Origin: Defluviitaleaceae bacterium | GTDB lineage: Bacteria; Bacillota; Clostridia; Lachnospirales; WRAX01 | Direction: 5' to 3' | Assembly: GCA_009784575.1 (NCBI GenBank) | Contig: WRBK01000005.1 | Location: 37,457-101,456, forward strand | Length of the DNA: 64,000 bases | Shown: in pieces, positions 18,910 to 27,723 of the stretch | How the letters are laid out: the number at the start of each line of letters is the position of its first letter | How positions within the stretch are numbered: position 1 is the stretch's first letter | The notes under the pieces: generated by a model | Database searches by the model: none | The model's input: only the letters and a program-made list of their open reading frames with translations | Told to the model about the DNA's origin: nothing | Made by a program: the position numbers and the translations under genes

Positions 18910-19134
18910 TTATTGCCATACAGATAAAAACCAAGCCAAACAACAATAAACATCGCTACCCAAACGGCATCTAAGTCCGATGGCTATGTGTATAATTGTT
19001 TGCAAACCGTAGTGCAAGCGTTCAAATTTATAAATAATAGCACCGACAGAAAGCACAACACATATTGCCATGCCACCCAATATGTTGGAAGTGAAATTTT
19101 GCGTAAAAGCATCAAGCCCATTGAGCCAGAACAA
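18910..19134 (-). pseudogene. possible remnant of a small membrane protein gene (no ATG, no SD)
   Basis: 74-aa ORF that opens right after a stop codon with only a TTG. Hydrophobic segment GGMAICVVLSVGAIIY. Wedged between the MFS stop and the pseudogene fragment. Confidence 0.25.
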
Positions 19135-19160
19135 ATCTATAGTTGTTTAACACTATAGTA

Positions 19161-20390
19161 TTACAACTCATCCATCTTAGGCAGTTTTCTTATGCTTGGA
19201 ACAAGTAGAATAAACACACCGATTACACCATAGCTTATACCGTGGAAAATGAAAATGTAATCAACATCAGGTACAACGCTGCCCAAGAAACCGCCAAGCA
19301 AAGCTCCAATTGCAACGAAAATAGCCGCAATCGTTGTAGCAATGGTGTCTACGCGCCCTACCATATCTTTTGGTGGTATTTTTTGTCCCAGCGATGTAAA
19401 CACAATATCTATCGGCCCTGAAATTGCAGCATAAAGAACCGCTATTATATACGCACCTATAAGGCTGCCAGGAATCACTATAACAAAAACAATACGTATG
19501 ACTCCTGTAATCATCAACAGGACAAAAAGCAGCCGCCCGACTCTAAAATTACTTCCCAGCGTTCCTGCAAGCACAGAAGCAATAATCCCGCCTATCAAAG
19601 CCATAATCATAAAAATGATATATCCTTGCGCCCCTGCGTAGTATTCATAAAATTCTGGCCTGTTAATGGAAGCGATTTCCGTAAATACCGACATCGATAC
19701 GAAGGCAATAACTATGAATAGCAAAACATTGCGCCTCAGGAACTTTACTCCAGCTTTCAAATCGCTTATATAATTTGAAGTTTCAGTTTTTGCATTTACT
19801 TCTTTTCTATCAGGTTCTTTTAGAAGCAAAGCAAACAAAAACGCAATTATCAAAAAAATTGCAGAAACACCATATATAAACGAAAAATTTGCATTTGCGC
19901 CTTCTCTCAAAGTTATAAACAAGAGGGCGGCAACGCCAATGCCGCCAATTAATTGAATAATCTGAATGAGCGAATTTGCCTTCACTATATTCTCATCTTG
20001 AACAATTTGCGGCAACAAGGCTGTTTTAGACGGGCTTTCAAATAATGCCGCAATTGAAAACACAAGTATCACAGCAAACATAAATAAAATGCCGATTTGT
20101 TCATGCAAGGGCGTAAATGCCAACAAAGCCAATGCCGCAAATTCTAGTAGTGTTGTCCACCGCATTATGGTGGGCTTTTTGCTTTTATCTACAACGGGGC
20201 CGACCGCAAATGAAAATATAAACGGAAATGCGATTAAGAATCCAGCAATACCTGTGTACATCGGGTTTTCATAAATCAAATGAACGGAGAGAAGCATAAA
20301 GATTTGAAATATACCTCCGCCAAGACCAGAGAAAAGCTGATAGCCTAAAAATAAGCGAAACATTTTGTTTTCTTTGAATAAAGTAATCAT
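19161..20390 (-). CDS. MFS transporter
   Basis: 409 aa with about 12 TM segments. Co-oriented with, and 13 nt downstream of, a TetR gene. Confidence 0.85.
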   Translation of the reverse strand: MITLFKENKMFRLFLGYQLFSGLGGGIFQIFMLLSVHLIYENPMYTGIAGFLIAFPFIFSFAVGPVVDKSKKPTIMRWTTLLEFAALALLAFTPLHEQIGILFMFAVILVFSIAALFESPSKTALLPQIVQDENIVKANSLIQIIQLIGGIGVAALLFITLREGANANFSFIYGVSAIFLIIAFLFALLLKEPDRKEVNAKTETSNYISDLKAGVKFLRRNVLLFIVIAFVSMSVFTEIASINRPEFYEYYAGAQGYIIFMIMALIGGIIASVLAGTLGSNFRVGRLLFVLLMITGVIRIVFVIVIPGSLIGAYIIAVLYAAISGPIDIVFTSLGQKIPPKDMVGRVDTIATTIAAIFVAIGALLGGFLGSVVPDVDYIFIFHGISYGVIGVFILLVPSIRKLPKMDEL

Positions 20391-20403
20391 ATTAGTAAGC
20401 TCC

Positions 20404-20988
20404 TTAATTATTTTTTATGAACAACAAATGGTTTGCTGATAACAACTTGCGCACTGCACCTTCTTTTGCTGCAGCATCATGGTTCTTAATCATAATCGAA
20501 GACATCATCAAACCCTGTATAAATGAAAATTGAGCGACAAATGTTAATTCGCGAAGTTCTGGTGGATGACCTATGTTTTCGAACAGTTTTTGCATGAAAC
20601 TCACAATAAAATCATATGGTTCATATCTATTTTCGCCTCCAGCACTGATGTTCAAATGGCTATAAATTAAATCAAAATATTGCGGGTTACGTACAAAAAA
20701 CATAACGAACGCACAACCCAACTCTACAAGCCCTTCCATCGTCACACCTGTTTCTTTTACAGATTCTTTTAACGCCGTTGATAGCTTGTTTGAAACGTAA
20801 TGCTCAATCGAATTTATCAAATCATCTTTATTGGCAAAATGGCCATAGGGCGCTGCTTCGCTAACCCCGCAAGCTGCCGCCAACTTTCGTAAAGAGAGTG
20901 CTTCAATCCCTTTTTGGTCAATCACTTCAATTCCTCTTTCAATCAAAGCGGTTCGTAAGTCGCCGTGGTGATATGACTTATTATTCAT
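20404..20988 (-). CDS. TetR/AcrR family transcriptional regulator
   Basis: 194 aa with N-terminal HTH ALIERGIEVIDQKGIEALSLRKLAAACGVSEAAPYGHFANKDDL. Confidence 0.9.
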   Translation of the reverse strand: MNNKSYHHGDLRTALIERGIEVIDQKGIEALSLRKLAAACGVSEAAPYGHFANKDDLINSIEHYVSNKLSTALKESVKETGVTMEGLVELGCAFVMFFVRNPQYFDLIYSHLNISAGGENRYEPYDFIVSFMQKLFENIGHPPELRELTFVAQFSFIQGLMMSSIMIKNHDAAAKEGAVRKLLSANHLLFIKNN

Positions 20989-21242
20989 AAAAATCTCCTT
21001 TTCTTAACTATGTTAAGTTATCACTGTTAAGATTATAGCATGGCGCATCGTTAATGTCAAGAGGAAAATTACTATATTCAAGATTCGATTTTCTTATTTG
21101 CGTTATTTACGCCCTTGACAAATGACGTTATTCTTTTCTCTTGTATTTCCGATTTTGCTGATATTAATTTTTTGGAAATATTTTTGGTAACGAACTGTTT
21201 GAAATGTTTGGCTATAGAGGTCATATGGATTGTATACAAAAA

Positions 21243-21452
21243 TACTGCCGCAAGGATGTAGCTCTGCGGCAGTATTTTCGATAAAGATTTTGACATAGTG
21301 CGAATCGATTAGATTGCATTATGTGTAAAGCAAGCGATGGCGCATATTGGAATAACAGCCACAGCACCGAGCGGATTGCCCATAAAGCCACCAAAGTCGT
21401 TACCCATGTTGCCCCATGGACCGAACATGTTTGTGCAGCTTGAGCCTACAGG
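21243..21452. repeat. copy B of the duplicated segment (terminator + 3' end of the intact 105-aa gene)
   Basis: See copy A. The hairpin is ATACTGCCGCA-aggatgtagctc-TGCGGCAGTAT. Confidence 0.75.
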
Positions 21453-21626
21453 ACAAGCAGGAGCAGCACCTACGTCGCACAGCAGACGCACTACTTCGCG
21501 GTCGGCAGTGAGCAAAACGCCCGTAAAGCCAGAGCCAGAAATGCCGCCAGATGTGGTAAAAATAGTTACGGTTTTACCTATGTTTTCACATAGGCTTTCG
21601 AGAAGAAAGCTTCCCCAAGGTTCCAT
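21309..21626 (-). CDS. hypothetical small protein with a Sm-like-looking N-terminus and a Cys/Gly-rich C-terminus
   Basis: 105 aa: MEPWGSFLLESLCENIGKTVTIFTTSGGISGSGFTGVLLTADREVVRLL... then ...CPVGSSCTNMFGPWGNMGNDFGGFMGNPLGAVAV. SD AAAGGAGGAAAAA upstream of ATG 21626. Confidence 0.6.
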   Translation of the reverse strand: MEPWGSFLLESLCENIGKTVTIFTTSGGISGSGFTGVLLTADREVVRLLCDVGAAPACPVGSSCTNMFGPWGNMGNDFGGFMGNPLGAVAVIPICAIACFTHNAI

Positions 21627-21842
21627 AGTTTTTCCTCCTTTTATGAAAATTAGGTCTGTTCTTTGTTTTATAATCGTTTTAGTTGAAAACGTCTTGTGTC
21701 AAGCATGAAGCACACGTGTTTCTTGTGTGTTTCATGTGAAGGCAGAAGATGATTTTCAAGTTAAATGATTTTGGTTAGAACAGGCTCTAATTCATACTAT
21801 GTAGGGGAGGAAAAACTGTTACTTTTATGCCATGTTACAAAA

Positions 21843-21872
21843 TAGCCGCCCATTTCTGGACGGCTCATATTT
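21843..21872 (-). terminator. intrinsic terminator downstream of the PanA-like/small-TM gene pair
   Basis: Minus strand reads GAGCCGTCCAGAAATGGGCGGCT followed by ATTTTGT. Confidence 0.5.
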
Positions 21873-21907
21873 TGCAGTTTCTAATTTTGTCAAATTGTCG
21901 TATTTAG

Positions 21908-22117
21908 TTACCTATCTGAGCCACTTTTTGTAGCAAATAAGAAACCGATAGTAGCCGTAAGAACAAAACGAACTGGCTCTATGAACATCATTCTAATCTG
22001 TGCGTCGATTTCTATGCCTACGGCGGCTATAATAATTTCGGCGGTGTAAAATAATAAAAGCAGGAGACCGCAAGCTACCAAAATCAATTTACTTGTACGG
22101 AGTTTATCTTTTTCCAC
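21908..22117 (-). CDS. small two-TM membrane protein (69 aa), a candidate toxin partner of the PanA-like gene
   Basis: MEKDKLRTSKLILVACGLLLLLFYTAEIIIAAVGIEID...VRFVLTATIGFLFATKSG. GTG start with no clear SD. Lies 126 nt downstream of the DUF4065 gene and upstream of the terminator. Confidence 0.35.
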   Translation of the reverse strand: MEKDKLRTSKLILVACGLLLLLFYTAEIIIAAVGIEIDAQIRMMFIEPVRFVLTATIGFLFATKSGSDR

Positions 22118-22243
22118 TTCATTGCTGTGTTCAAGCTTTACTTGTTCTAGATTCCAATCAAGTGAAGAGGTAGGAATGTCACCAGTTTTCGCTCATCGAT
22201 TTTGCCTATTTCATCAATTTTTAGAGAATCTTTAGGGAATTTG

Positions 22244-22702
22244 TCACTCAAAGAATACCTCCCCGTCCGTTCTGACCTCGTTATCGTTCAGGAAGCGGTC
22301 ACCTCTTTTGTCTGCTTTATCCCAAGCGGAATCAGCAAAATGAGTTATTGCCGAAAGTTGCTGTGCGGAGTAACTTTTCCACTTGTCCCATGTAGTGTCC
22401 AAGGCTTCTTTGAACAGAGGATTCCTTATTTCATTTAAGGCAAAGGCTTCGCCGTCAACTTGAGCGTATTTTTTGATAGGCTTCGCCCTATAGTCACTAA
22501 AATAGTGATAAACCTCTGACAGCACAGGACCGTATTTCCATACCTCAAACCTGCTTGAAAGAAGATGTTCCCCCTGACTGACATGTAAATATCTAGCATA
22601 CAAGAAATAAAGGAGCTTTTGCAACTTCATAGGACTGATTTCAATACCTTCATTGAATGCTCTACGTAAAATATTATTCGAAATTGCAAGTGAATCTGTC
22701 AT
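22244..22702 (-). CDS. DUF4065/Panacea-domain protein (SocA/GepA/PanA-like antitoxin family)
   Basis: 152 aa with ISPMKLQKLLYFLYARYLHVSQGEHLLSSRFEVWKYGPVLSEVYHYF, matching the KLQKLLYy....g.pLf...feAWkyGPV..evY core of the family. Confidence 0.8.
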   Translation of the reverse strand: MTDSLAISNNILRRAFNEGIEISPMKLQKLLYFLYARYLHVSQGEHLLSSRFEVWKYGPVLSEVYHYFSDYRAKPIKKYAQVDGEAFALNEIRNPLFKEALDTTWDKWKSYSAQQLSAITHFADSAWDKADKRGDRFLNDNEVRTDGEVFFE

Positions 22703-22822
22703 ACATCATGCCCCCTTCCTTTTTCTTTTTCGCAAAAACACAAACCAAGCCATAAATAATCACCATTGAATATTATGCCCGATTTCTACGTAATATGTTC
22801 ACTGTATAGTGTGGTATAGTTA

Positions 22823-22850
22823 ATTATAGCACATATGCAACTTATGTCAA
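22823..22850 (-). promoter_or_regulatory. consensus sigma-A promoter for the PanA-like gene
   Basis: Minus strand reads TTGACA (22850-22845), a 16-nt spacer, then TATAAT (22828-22823). An about 120-nt leader contains the direct repeat CTATAC..ACTATAC. Confidence 0.65.
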
Positions 22851-22924
22851 CAAAAAAATGCAAAAGCCGTCCTGTCCGTAGATTCAAGCAATTTTATGGT
22901 CATTATTACATGTGCATAAATGAT

Positions 22925-23527
22925 TTAATTACCATAATAAGCCATCCCCAACTGTGTCCGATTCCTAACATCCAACTTTTCCATAATAGTCACAACATTA
23001 TTACGCACCGTACCTTCGCTAAGAAATAGCTGCTCTGCTATCTCTTTGTTCGCGAGTCCTTGAGCTACTAAGCGCGCGATATCCCGCTCCCTTGAGGTTA
23101 GCTCATCTAGGGCAGGATTCTCTGGCGAGGTCAGCTTTTTTAGCACTTCCGCATCCAATATGCCTACGCCCTGCACCAATGTACGCAATTTTCCCGCTAT
23201 AGCTGATATTTCATCGGTTTTTAGGAGATATCCATCTGCTCCTGCGGCTAGGGCTTGTTGTATATTGGGTTTATCATCAAATGTGGTTAGCATCATTATT
23301 TTTATATGCGGATAGTCTTTTTTAATCATGCGCGTGGCGGCTATGCCGTCTGTATGAGGCATACGTATATCCATTAGAACAACATTCGGCTGATGTTTTT
23401 TGCACATTTCAAAAGCTTCTGCGCCATTTTCTGCGGCTGCCACAATCTCGATATCTTTCTCACGCGCAAGCATTAGGGATAGGCTTTTTCGGATGAGTGA
23501 ATCATCATCAACTATTAATACTTTCAT
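22925..23527 (-). CDS. NarL/LuxR-family response regulator
   Basis: 200 aa with receiver domain MKVLIVDDDSLIR...DIRMP and a C-terminal HTH LTSRERDIARLVAQGLANKEIAEQLFLSEGTVRNNV. Confidence 0.93.
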   Translation of the reverse strand: MKVLIVDDDSLIRKSLSLMLAREKDIEIVAAAENGAEAFEMCKKHQPNVVLMDIRMPHTDGIAATRMIKKDYPHIKIMMLTTFDDKPNIQQALAAGADGYLLKTDEISAIAGKLRTLVQGVGILDAEVLKKLTSPENPALDELTSRERDIARLVAQGLANKEIAEQLFLSEGTVRNNVVTIMEKLDVRNRTQLGMAYYGN

Positions 23528-24605
23528 TTTCTTCCTCCTTAATTGGTATTACGCAAATCATACGAAACTTTTCTCCCATATCCATCGAGAAAGTGCCGCC
23601 TATAGCGATGGCGCGATGGCGAAGGTTGCGCAAACCGCTGCCCATGCCGCCTTTGGATTTTTTTGCGCCGTCATTCTCTATACAAAGCCGCACCAGATGC
23701 TGCGTTGCATCAAGCTCTACAGAAACATAGCTGGGTCTTGCGTGGCGCGTAGCATTCGTTAAGCTTTCATTTAAGCAAGATTCAAGCATACTCCAAACAT
23801 ATATAGGAATACGGGAGGTGTCGCCATAAACGCTGAAATTCACAGGACAAACAGGGAATTTTTCGCAGATTTCTAACAAACTCTCTACGCCTAGGGTTGT
23901 AACGGTTTGTAGATTATGCGCTGTTTCACGAATTTTGTTTACGCCGCTATTTAACCTTGCTAATGCGGCATCGTAAAGCTCTAAGGCATCTGTATCTGCG
24001 CCATCCAGCATATCTCGCGCCGTTTGGAAAGTGATATATGCCGCCACTATCTCATGTCCCGCATTATCGTGAATGTCTCTTGCTATCCGCGCACGCTCCG
24101 CAACTACGGTCATGCGTTCTATCTGAGGAATGGTAGCTACAAGGTCGCTTTGAAGATGCTCCAACTCATAGTATTTTCCAGCTTCTTCATCACGTATGGT
24201 CAGCTTTTGCCCTTGCTCCTTTCTCCAACCGCTAAGAAACACACCGCTAAGCGCACCAAAGGCAAGCAAAAGGGCATAAGATAAATCAAAATAGTCCATG
24301 AAGTAAAACACATGCCCTGCAAGTAGCACAAAATAAAAACGACGATACATTCCCTCAAATAAAATTAATATTAAACCATATAGCGCATATGGCCATACAA
24401 AAAATGTCAAAATGCAAGCGGCGCAATCAAGCATCACTGTAGCACCTAGCTTAGGAAAACGCCAGCGCAATAAAGACATAACAAGCAAAAATAAAAACAG
24501 GAAAAAGCCTGTTGTGTCACTCTCTGTCAACCAAAGGGCTAGCATCAGACCAAATCCTGCTATTTTGCATAATAAAAATACTGTTTCTGGCTTTAAAGAA
24601 ATCAT
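23508..24605 (-). CDS. sensor histidine kinase, HisKA_3 type (DesK/LiaS/YvfT-like), intramembrane-sensing
   Basis: 365 aa with about 5 N-terminal TMs and no large extracytoplasmic loop, H-box RARIARDIHDNAGHEI, and a C-terminal HATPase domain. Overlaps the response regulator gene by 20 nt. Confidence 0.9.
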   Translation of the reverse strand: MISLKPETVFLLCKIAGFGLMLALWLTESDTTGFFLFLFLLVMSLLRWRFPKLGATVMLDCAACILTFFVWPYALYGLILILFEGMYRRFYFVLLAGHVFYFMDYFDLSYALLLAFGALSGVFLSGWRKEQGQKLTIRDEEAGKYYELEHLQSDLVATIPQIERMTVVAERARIARDIHDNAGHEIVAAYITFQTARDMLDGADTDALELYDAALARLNSGVNKIRETAHNLQTVTTLGVESLLEICEKFPVCPVNFSVYGDTSRIPIYVWSMLESCLNESLTNATRHARPSYVSVELDATQHLVRLCIENDGAKKSKGGMGSGLRNLRHRAIAIGGTFSMDMGEKFRMICVIPIKEEENESINS

Positions 24606-25300
24606 ATCATTCTGCGTTTACCACCATACAGTAGGAAAACTATCATGAACATAATCATGGCGGCTATCCCTATCCAATAATCTATGCTTATTGCGCCTAG
24701 CTCCAGCAGAGAGCTTATCCCTCTCATGCCCCAATATGCAGGGAAGATAGCACCTACATATTGCAAAGCTTCTGGCAAAAGCTCAAGGGGTACATATGCA
24801 CCGCTAAGCATACTGCCAAATGTTACTACAGCACCAAAGGTAGTAAAGCTGCTTTCCTTTTTCTTAAACAAACAGTTCCATGCAAAACTCATCATAACAG
24901 ATGTAGCTGTAAATACAGTATAGCAAAGGAACAGCCCTAGCGCAAGCGTTAAACCCCAATCATATAAAATTACGCCCAAAGCTGTAATTAAGGCAACTTG
25001 TATTGTTAAAGGTACCATGTATGCAAAAAGATTTTGCATTAAGTAATTGCGCATAGATATTGGTGCTGACATAATGCGGGTGATAGCACCACTTTCCCTA
25101 TCACTTATCGTGCCTTGTGCCATAAGGAATGCTCCGCCCCAAATAACAAGTATGAGAAGACCATAGCCAGATAAGAAGTTTTCGCCTGTCCATAGCGGAC
25201 GAATTAGCATAAGCGCAGGCGGCAAAATGCAGTTGAATATGAGGGTAAGGGGATTGCGTAATCCTTTTATTAATGCGAAACGAAAGATTGTCGTATTCAT
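24602..25300 (-). CDS. ABC-2 type transporter permease
   Basis: 232 aa with 6 TMs. 4-nt overlaps with both neighbouring genes. Confidence 0.8.
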   Translation of the reverse strand: MNTTIFRFALIKGLRNPLTLIFNCILPPALMLIRPLWTGENFLSGYGLLILVIWGGAFLMAQGTISDRESGAITRIMSAPISMRNYLMQNLFAYMVPLTIQVALITALGVILYDWGLTLALGLFLCYTVFTATSVMMSFAWNCLFKKKESSFTTFGAVVTFGSMLSGAYVPLELLPEALQYVGAIFPAYWGMRGISSLLELGAISIDYWIGIAAMIMFMIVFLLYGGKRRMI

Positions 25301-26049
25301 ATTTTTATCCTCCTAGCCGCAACGATGGTAACGATGCCTAGCACAAGCGTAATCGCCGCCAAAATGCCAATGTTTATAATGGACTGTTCCATGCCACCGC
25401 CCAAGAGGTCATTAATTTGACCTGAATACATAATAGCTCGTTGCCCGAGAGCCAGAGGTGTGCCAAATCTGTTCATGAATACTGCTATATCGCTATTGCC
25501 TAATGGGAACATAAAGCCTGATAGAATCATTAATCCGAATGATATAACATATACCAAGCCATTTGCCACTTTAAAGTTCTTTGCAAAGAGGAAAATTAGC
25601 ATGGAGATAAAGGATGCCATAAGTGACACTATCAAAAGCACAACTACAAGCACAAGAACATTGCCCAAGTATGCATTTAAGAATATGACTGAAACAAGAA
25701 CGATGACAACCCCAATTATTAAAGAAAACACCCAGCTTGCCACAAAGGCTGGCAACACAAAGGTTAATAGAGAGTGAGGGGCGGCTCTTAAACGCCAGCG
25801 CATTTCGCCTTTAAAGTCATTAAAGAGAAAATATAGCATAATACCCATGTTAAAAAATTGAAAAGCAAGCATAAAAGCTGGCATATTAGTGCTTGCTCCT
25901 ATATTATAGTCCTCTAGCAATGTAGCATCGCCAAAAAAGCTGTTTATCACTATAAGCCCTATAGGAATAACTAAAAGCAACACCACCTCTTTGATATCTC
26001 TAAAAAATCGTTTAACATAGCTTAAAAAAATTAGGAAAAAATTTCTCAT
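25297..26049 (-). CDS. ABC-2 type transporter permease
   Basis: 250 aa with 6 TMs. Confidence 0.8.
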   Translation of the reverse strand: MRNFFLIFLSYVKRFFRDIKEVVLLLVIPIGLIVINSFFGDATLLEDYNIGASTNMPAFMLAFQFFNMGIMLYFLFNDFKGEMRWRLRAAPHSLLTFVLPAFVASWVFSLIIGVVIVLVSVIFLNAYLGNVLVLVVVLLIVSLMASFISMLIFLFAKNFKVANGLVYVISFGLMILSGFMFPLGNSDIAVFMNRFGTPLALGQRAIMYSGQINDLLGGGMEQSIINIGILAAITLVLGIVTIVAARRIKI

Positions 26050-26051
26050 CT

Positions 26052-26993
26052 CTATACCTCCCCGTCATCACGTAGTTTTTTGCCTGTTAGTGTTAGGAAT
26101 ACAGCCTCTAGGTTTGGCTTTTCCTCTGTGAAGGATGAAACGCCGCCGTGTCGCCCTGCTATCTCCATAATGCGGCTAACATTACCGCTGCCTGTAGCAG
26201 ATGTTATGATATACTGATTGCCAATTGCTTCAACATGCTTTACGCCAGATATTGCCTTTATATCTGTTGTCAGGACATCGGATGGAGCTATAGCTGTCAT
26301 AAACACCTTTTGCTCATGCTGTATGCGACCCACAAGCTCTTCCAGACTACCTTCTGCTATCACGCGGCCACTGTCCATGATGGATATGCGGTCACAAATG
26401 GCTTGCACTTCTTCCATATAGTGGGTTGTGTATATTACGGTCGTTCCGTTTTTGGCAATATCTTTCACAGATTCCAAAATGTGATTGCGTGACTGCGGGT
26501 CAATGCCCACTGTTGGCTCGTCCATAATAACAAGCTTTGGTTTATGCACAAGAGCGCAAGCTATATTGAGCCGCCTTTGCATACCACCAGAAAATGTGCC
26601 TGGTCTCTTCTTTGCTCTATCGGTTAGCCCAACAAACTCCAGCATTTCTTTAACATTTGCCGCAAGCTCTGCGCCGCGTAAGCCATACAAGCCACCAAAG
26701 TATTGCAGATTTTCGGTTGCATTAAGGTCTTTAAATACCGTTATCTCCTGCGTGACCAAGCCGATATCCCTGCGGGCTTCCAAATTCCTTACGCTTTGCT
26801 TATGCCCCAAAACAGTTGCCTCACCAGAATCGGCATCAATCAGCCCGCATAATGTGCGTATGGCTGTTGTTTTGCCTGCGCCGTTTGATCCAAGCAACCC
26901 GAGTATTTCGCCTTCCACTACATTTAGGTTCAAATGGTCAAGTGCCAATGTGTCTCCATATCTCTTTACAATATTTTTCATGGTAGCTATCAT
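26052..26993 (-). CDS. ABC transporter ATP-binding protein
   Basis: Walker A GSNGAGKTT, signature FSGGMQRRL, Walker B LVIMDEPTVGID. Confidence 0.93.
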   Translation of the reverse strand: MIATMKNIVKRYGDTLALDHLNLNVVEGEILGLLGSNGAGKTTAIRTLCGLIDADSGEATVLGHKQSVRNLEARRDIGLVTQEITVFKDLNATENLQYFGGLYGLRGAELAANVKEMLEFVGLTDRAKKRPGTFSGGMQRRLNIACALVHKPKLVIMDEPTVGIDPQSRNHILESVKDIAKNGTTVIYTTHYMEEVQAICDRISIMDSGRVIAEGSLEELVGRIQHEQKVFMTAIAPSDVLTTDIKAISGVKHVEAIGNQYIITSATGSGNVSRIMEIAGRHGGVSSFTEEKPNLEAVFLTLTGKKLRDDGEV

Positions 26994-27059
26994 AATTGTG
27001 TCCTCCTGATATTTTTGTTTTATTATTTGCTTTTTAACTCTGGATTTAGTATAGCAGAG

Positions 27060-27096
27060 AAAATAAAATTAAAGTAGTGACATTTGTCACTACTTT
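27060..27096 (-). terminator. intrinsic terminator immediately after the RloB-like gene
   Basis: AAAGTAGTGACA-tt-TGTCACTACTTT palindrome, followed on the minus strand by AATTTTATTT. Confidence 0.7.
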
Positions 27097-27099
27097 AGA

Positions 27100-27723
27100 C
27101 TAATTCTCTCGATATGTGTTTTCTGTTGGCTCGCCGCATTCTTTGAATATATTTTTGATGAAACTATGTATTGATAAATCTGGGTTGCTGTAAAAACAGA
27201 TTGCGCCAACCTTATTGGTGTCGCTTTTTAGTTTGCCGTCACGTATGCGATTTGCATTATGCAAAGCAGTTTTAATATCGTCAAGAGAGATTTTTTCAAG
27301 GATACGAGTGACAATCTCTCCCTTTTTTATATCATCTGTCTTGCTCAAATCAAATGCTTTTCGTACATGCGGCATATAATCGTCGTTGCTTGAAACGGCA
27401 TTCGCAAAATGCTTTTTGTGTAATAGTAGCCATAGGTCAAAATTACGGTTGCTGTAGGCATTGGTGTAGCCAAACTCAATGCAAATTTCTAGCGTTTTTT
27501 TGAACTTGCCCATTTCTCCGTCATGGTCAAACACAAATACTTTTTCATATTTGATTGCGCTAATTTTCCGTGGTATATTGCCTTTGTTCAGCTTATAAGT
27601 GAAGGTTATGGCATGTCCATTATTTCTTAGAAGCTTTGCAAGATGTTCGAAATACATCCTCTCCTGCTGACCATCATGTATACATAGATATTGAATGGTA
27701 TTAGGCTTTGTTTTCTTGCTCAT
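27100..27723 (-). CDS. RloB-like (AbiLii-like, Toprim-related) protein
   Basis: 207 aa with IQYLCIHDGQQERMYFEHL (position of the CEGxxTExxYF motif), VFVFDHDGE, and AYSNRNFDLWLLLH (SNPcFElWlllHf-type motif). Confidence 0.75.
   Translation of the reverse strand: MSKKTKPNTIQYLCIHDGQQERMYFEHLAKLLRNNGHAITFTYKLNKGNIPRKISAIKYEKVFVFDHDGEMGKFKKTLEICIEFGYTNAYSNRNFDLWLLLHKKHFANAVSSNDDYMPHVRKAFDLSKTDDIKKGEIVTRILEKISLDDIKTALHNANRIRDGKLKSDTNKVGAICFYSNPDLSIHSFIKNIFKECGEPTENTYREN

Noticed and set aside
21078-21296. 72-aa Lys-rich ORF between the TetR gene and the 105-aa gene.
   Set aside because: Its N-terminus is encoded by the terminator hairpin itself, it has no SD, and the equivalent sequence in repeat copy A is not open.
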